This document shows, piece after piece, positions 63,286 through 64,000 of a stretch of DNA of 64,000 bases. The translations under genes were made by a program, and so were the position numbers. The notes beneath the pieces are model-generated. The model had not been told where the DNA came from. It worked only from the letters and a program-made list of their open reading frames with translations, and did not search any database. How positions within the stretch are numbered: position 1 is the stretch's first letter; each line of letters begins with the position of its first letter. Location of the stretch: NCBI GenBank assembly GCA_965215885.1, contig CBDCEW010000090.1:54393-118392 (forward strand). The letters are read 5' to 3'. The DNA comes from Candidatus Moanibacter sp. (lineage in GTDB: Bacteria; Verrucomicrobiota; Verrucomicrobiia; Opitutales; UBA2987).

Positions 63286-64000
63286 GCCCGAACATTTCAG
63301 ACAGCGCCGATTAAAACCGGCAGTAAGTAGTGAATGAAAGAGTCATACAGTAAAGAACTAGTCAATCGTACTGGCCCCGAGTCATGGCGGTATATCTGAG
63401 AGGGTATGCTGCAAGCGTTGACAGGGGAAGATGCAGGCTGCGTGACTGAGCCGCGAAAGTTGGGCAACGTTTGGAGGGCCGACCTTCTTGAAATATGGGG
63501 AAGGCAAAAATCGGACGGGTCGCAAAGACGAAGAGCCGTCCGGCCTCTGCGCGGTCGGAGAGCGGGGCATGCAAGGAAGCTTACTGAGCGGGAATCGGGA
63601 GAGCCGAGGACCGGCAGCGCAAATGGCAGCGCTGTCCGCACCGCGAATCCAAGGAGTAATGCGGTGATGAACGGTCCTGGGCAGTCGGACAGGTCCGTAG
63701 TACCGAAGAAGGGGGCGAACAAAGATGGTGCTGCGGCACTTTTGGCGGAGTCGCTGGAGGAAAGGGACCTGCCCAAGGGGAATCCTCGTGAGCAAACCAA
63801 CCGTCGGGCACAGGACCGGGAAAGGTTGCAACAAGCGCAGGCGAGGATACGGCGAATGGCACAGTACGCTCGCGCGTTTATACCCGAGGGAAGAGCCCGG
63901 TGCGGTAATTCCGCCTGCCGGGATCTGCGCGGGGGGTCCCCGGAGACGGGGATTCCTACCGCGACCAAACCATCTGCTGCGACCACGGATGTCACTGCGC
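63286..64000 (+). mobile_element. Family-B element end interrupted by the group II intron; continues past the window
   Basis: TA-GCCCGAACATTTCA|CAAACCATCTGCTGCG aligns with the reverse complement of the 44787 end, GCCCGCAAATTTCACAAGCCATCTGCTACG. Confidence 0.75.
63300..63965 (+). ncRNA. ORF-less group II intron
   Basis: Domain V GAGCCCGGTGCGGTAATTCCGCCTGCCGGGATC (about 63893-63925); domain VI with bulged A near 63958, ending GCGAC; domain I hallmarks GGCCCCGAGTCATG and GCGTTGACAGGGG; no RT ORF. Confidence 0.9.

Noticed and set aside
63297..63995. 232-aa and 150-aa minus-strand ORFs
   Set aside because: Antisense readings of the group II intron RNA.

Overview
A 64-kb bacterial chromosomal segment. 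The gene style suggests Verrucomicrobiota/PVC, which is an inference. The housekeeping backbone includes gpsA, coaD, pgsA/pgpA, aroQ, a type III PKS trio, an MrpA-less Mrp antiporter operon, rpmJ/rpmE type B, pncA/pncB, lipA, lysS, lolCE/lolD, lpxB, a heme cluster (hemA, ccsA-like, hemH, hemY, hemE, hemF), recR/ybaB, nadK, tRNA-Gly(CCC) and tRNA-Arg(TCT). Mobile DNA is abundant: an IS4-family element with unmatched flanks, two ISAs1-type elements with a DUF4338/DruA-like domain fused to the transposase and a shared C5T5 frameshift, a 741-aa orphan transposase, an IS5/ISNCY-like transposase and a decayed Y1/RAYT-type transposase inside 24-bp inverted repeats. The most striking unannotated layer is a hierarchy of non-coding mobile repeats. 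(1) Family A consists of 230-500 bp elements with asymmetric ends (AYTAC..., short hairpin + CYAG) that insert at T|G without duplication, mostly into CACGGAT repeats. (2) Family B consists of TIR MITEs with TA duplication; one splits a BrnT toxin and one splits a family-A end. (3) A 30-bp mini-insert occurs at TCGAC|A. (4) An ORF-less group II intron (63300-63965) has a non-canonical 5' end, and its EBS1/EBS2 pair with the family-B terminal repeat it sits in. Several single-base frameshifts (porin, mrpE, ybaB) look like sequencing indels.
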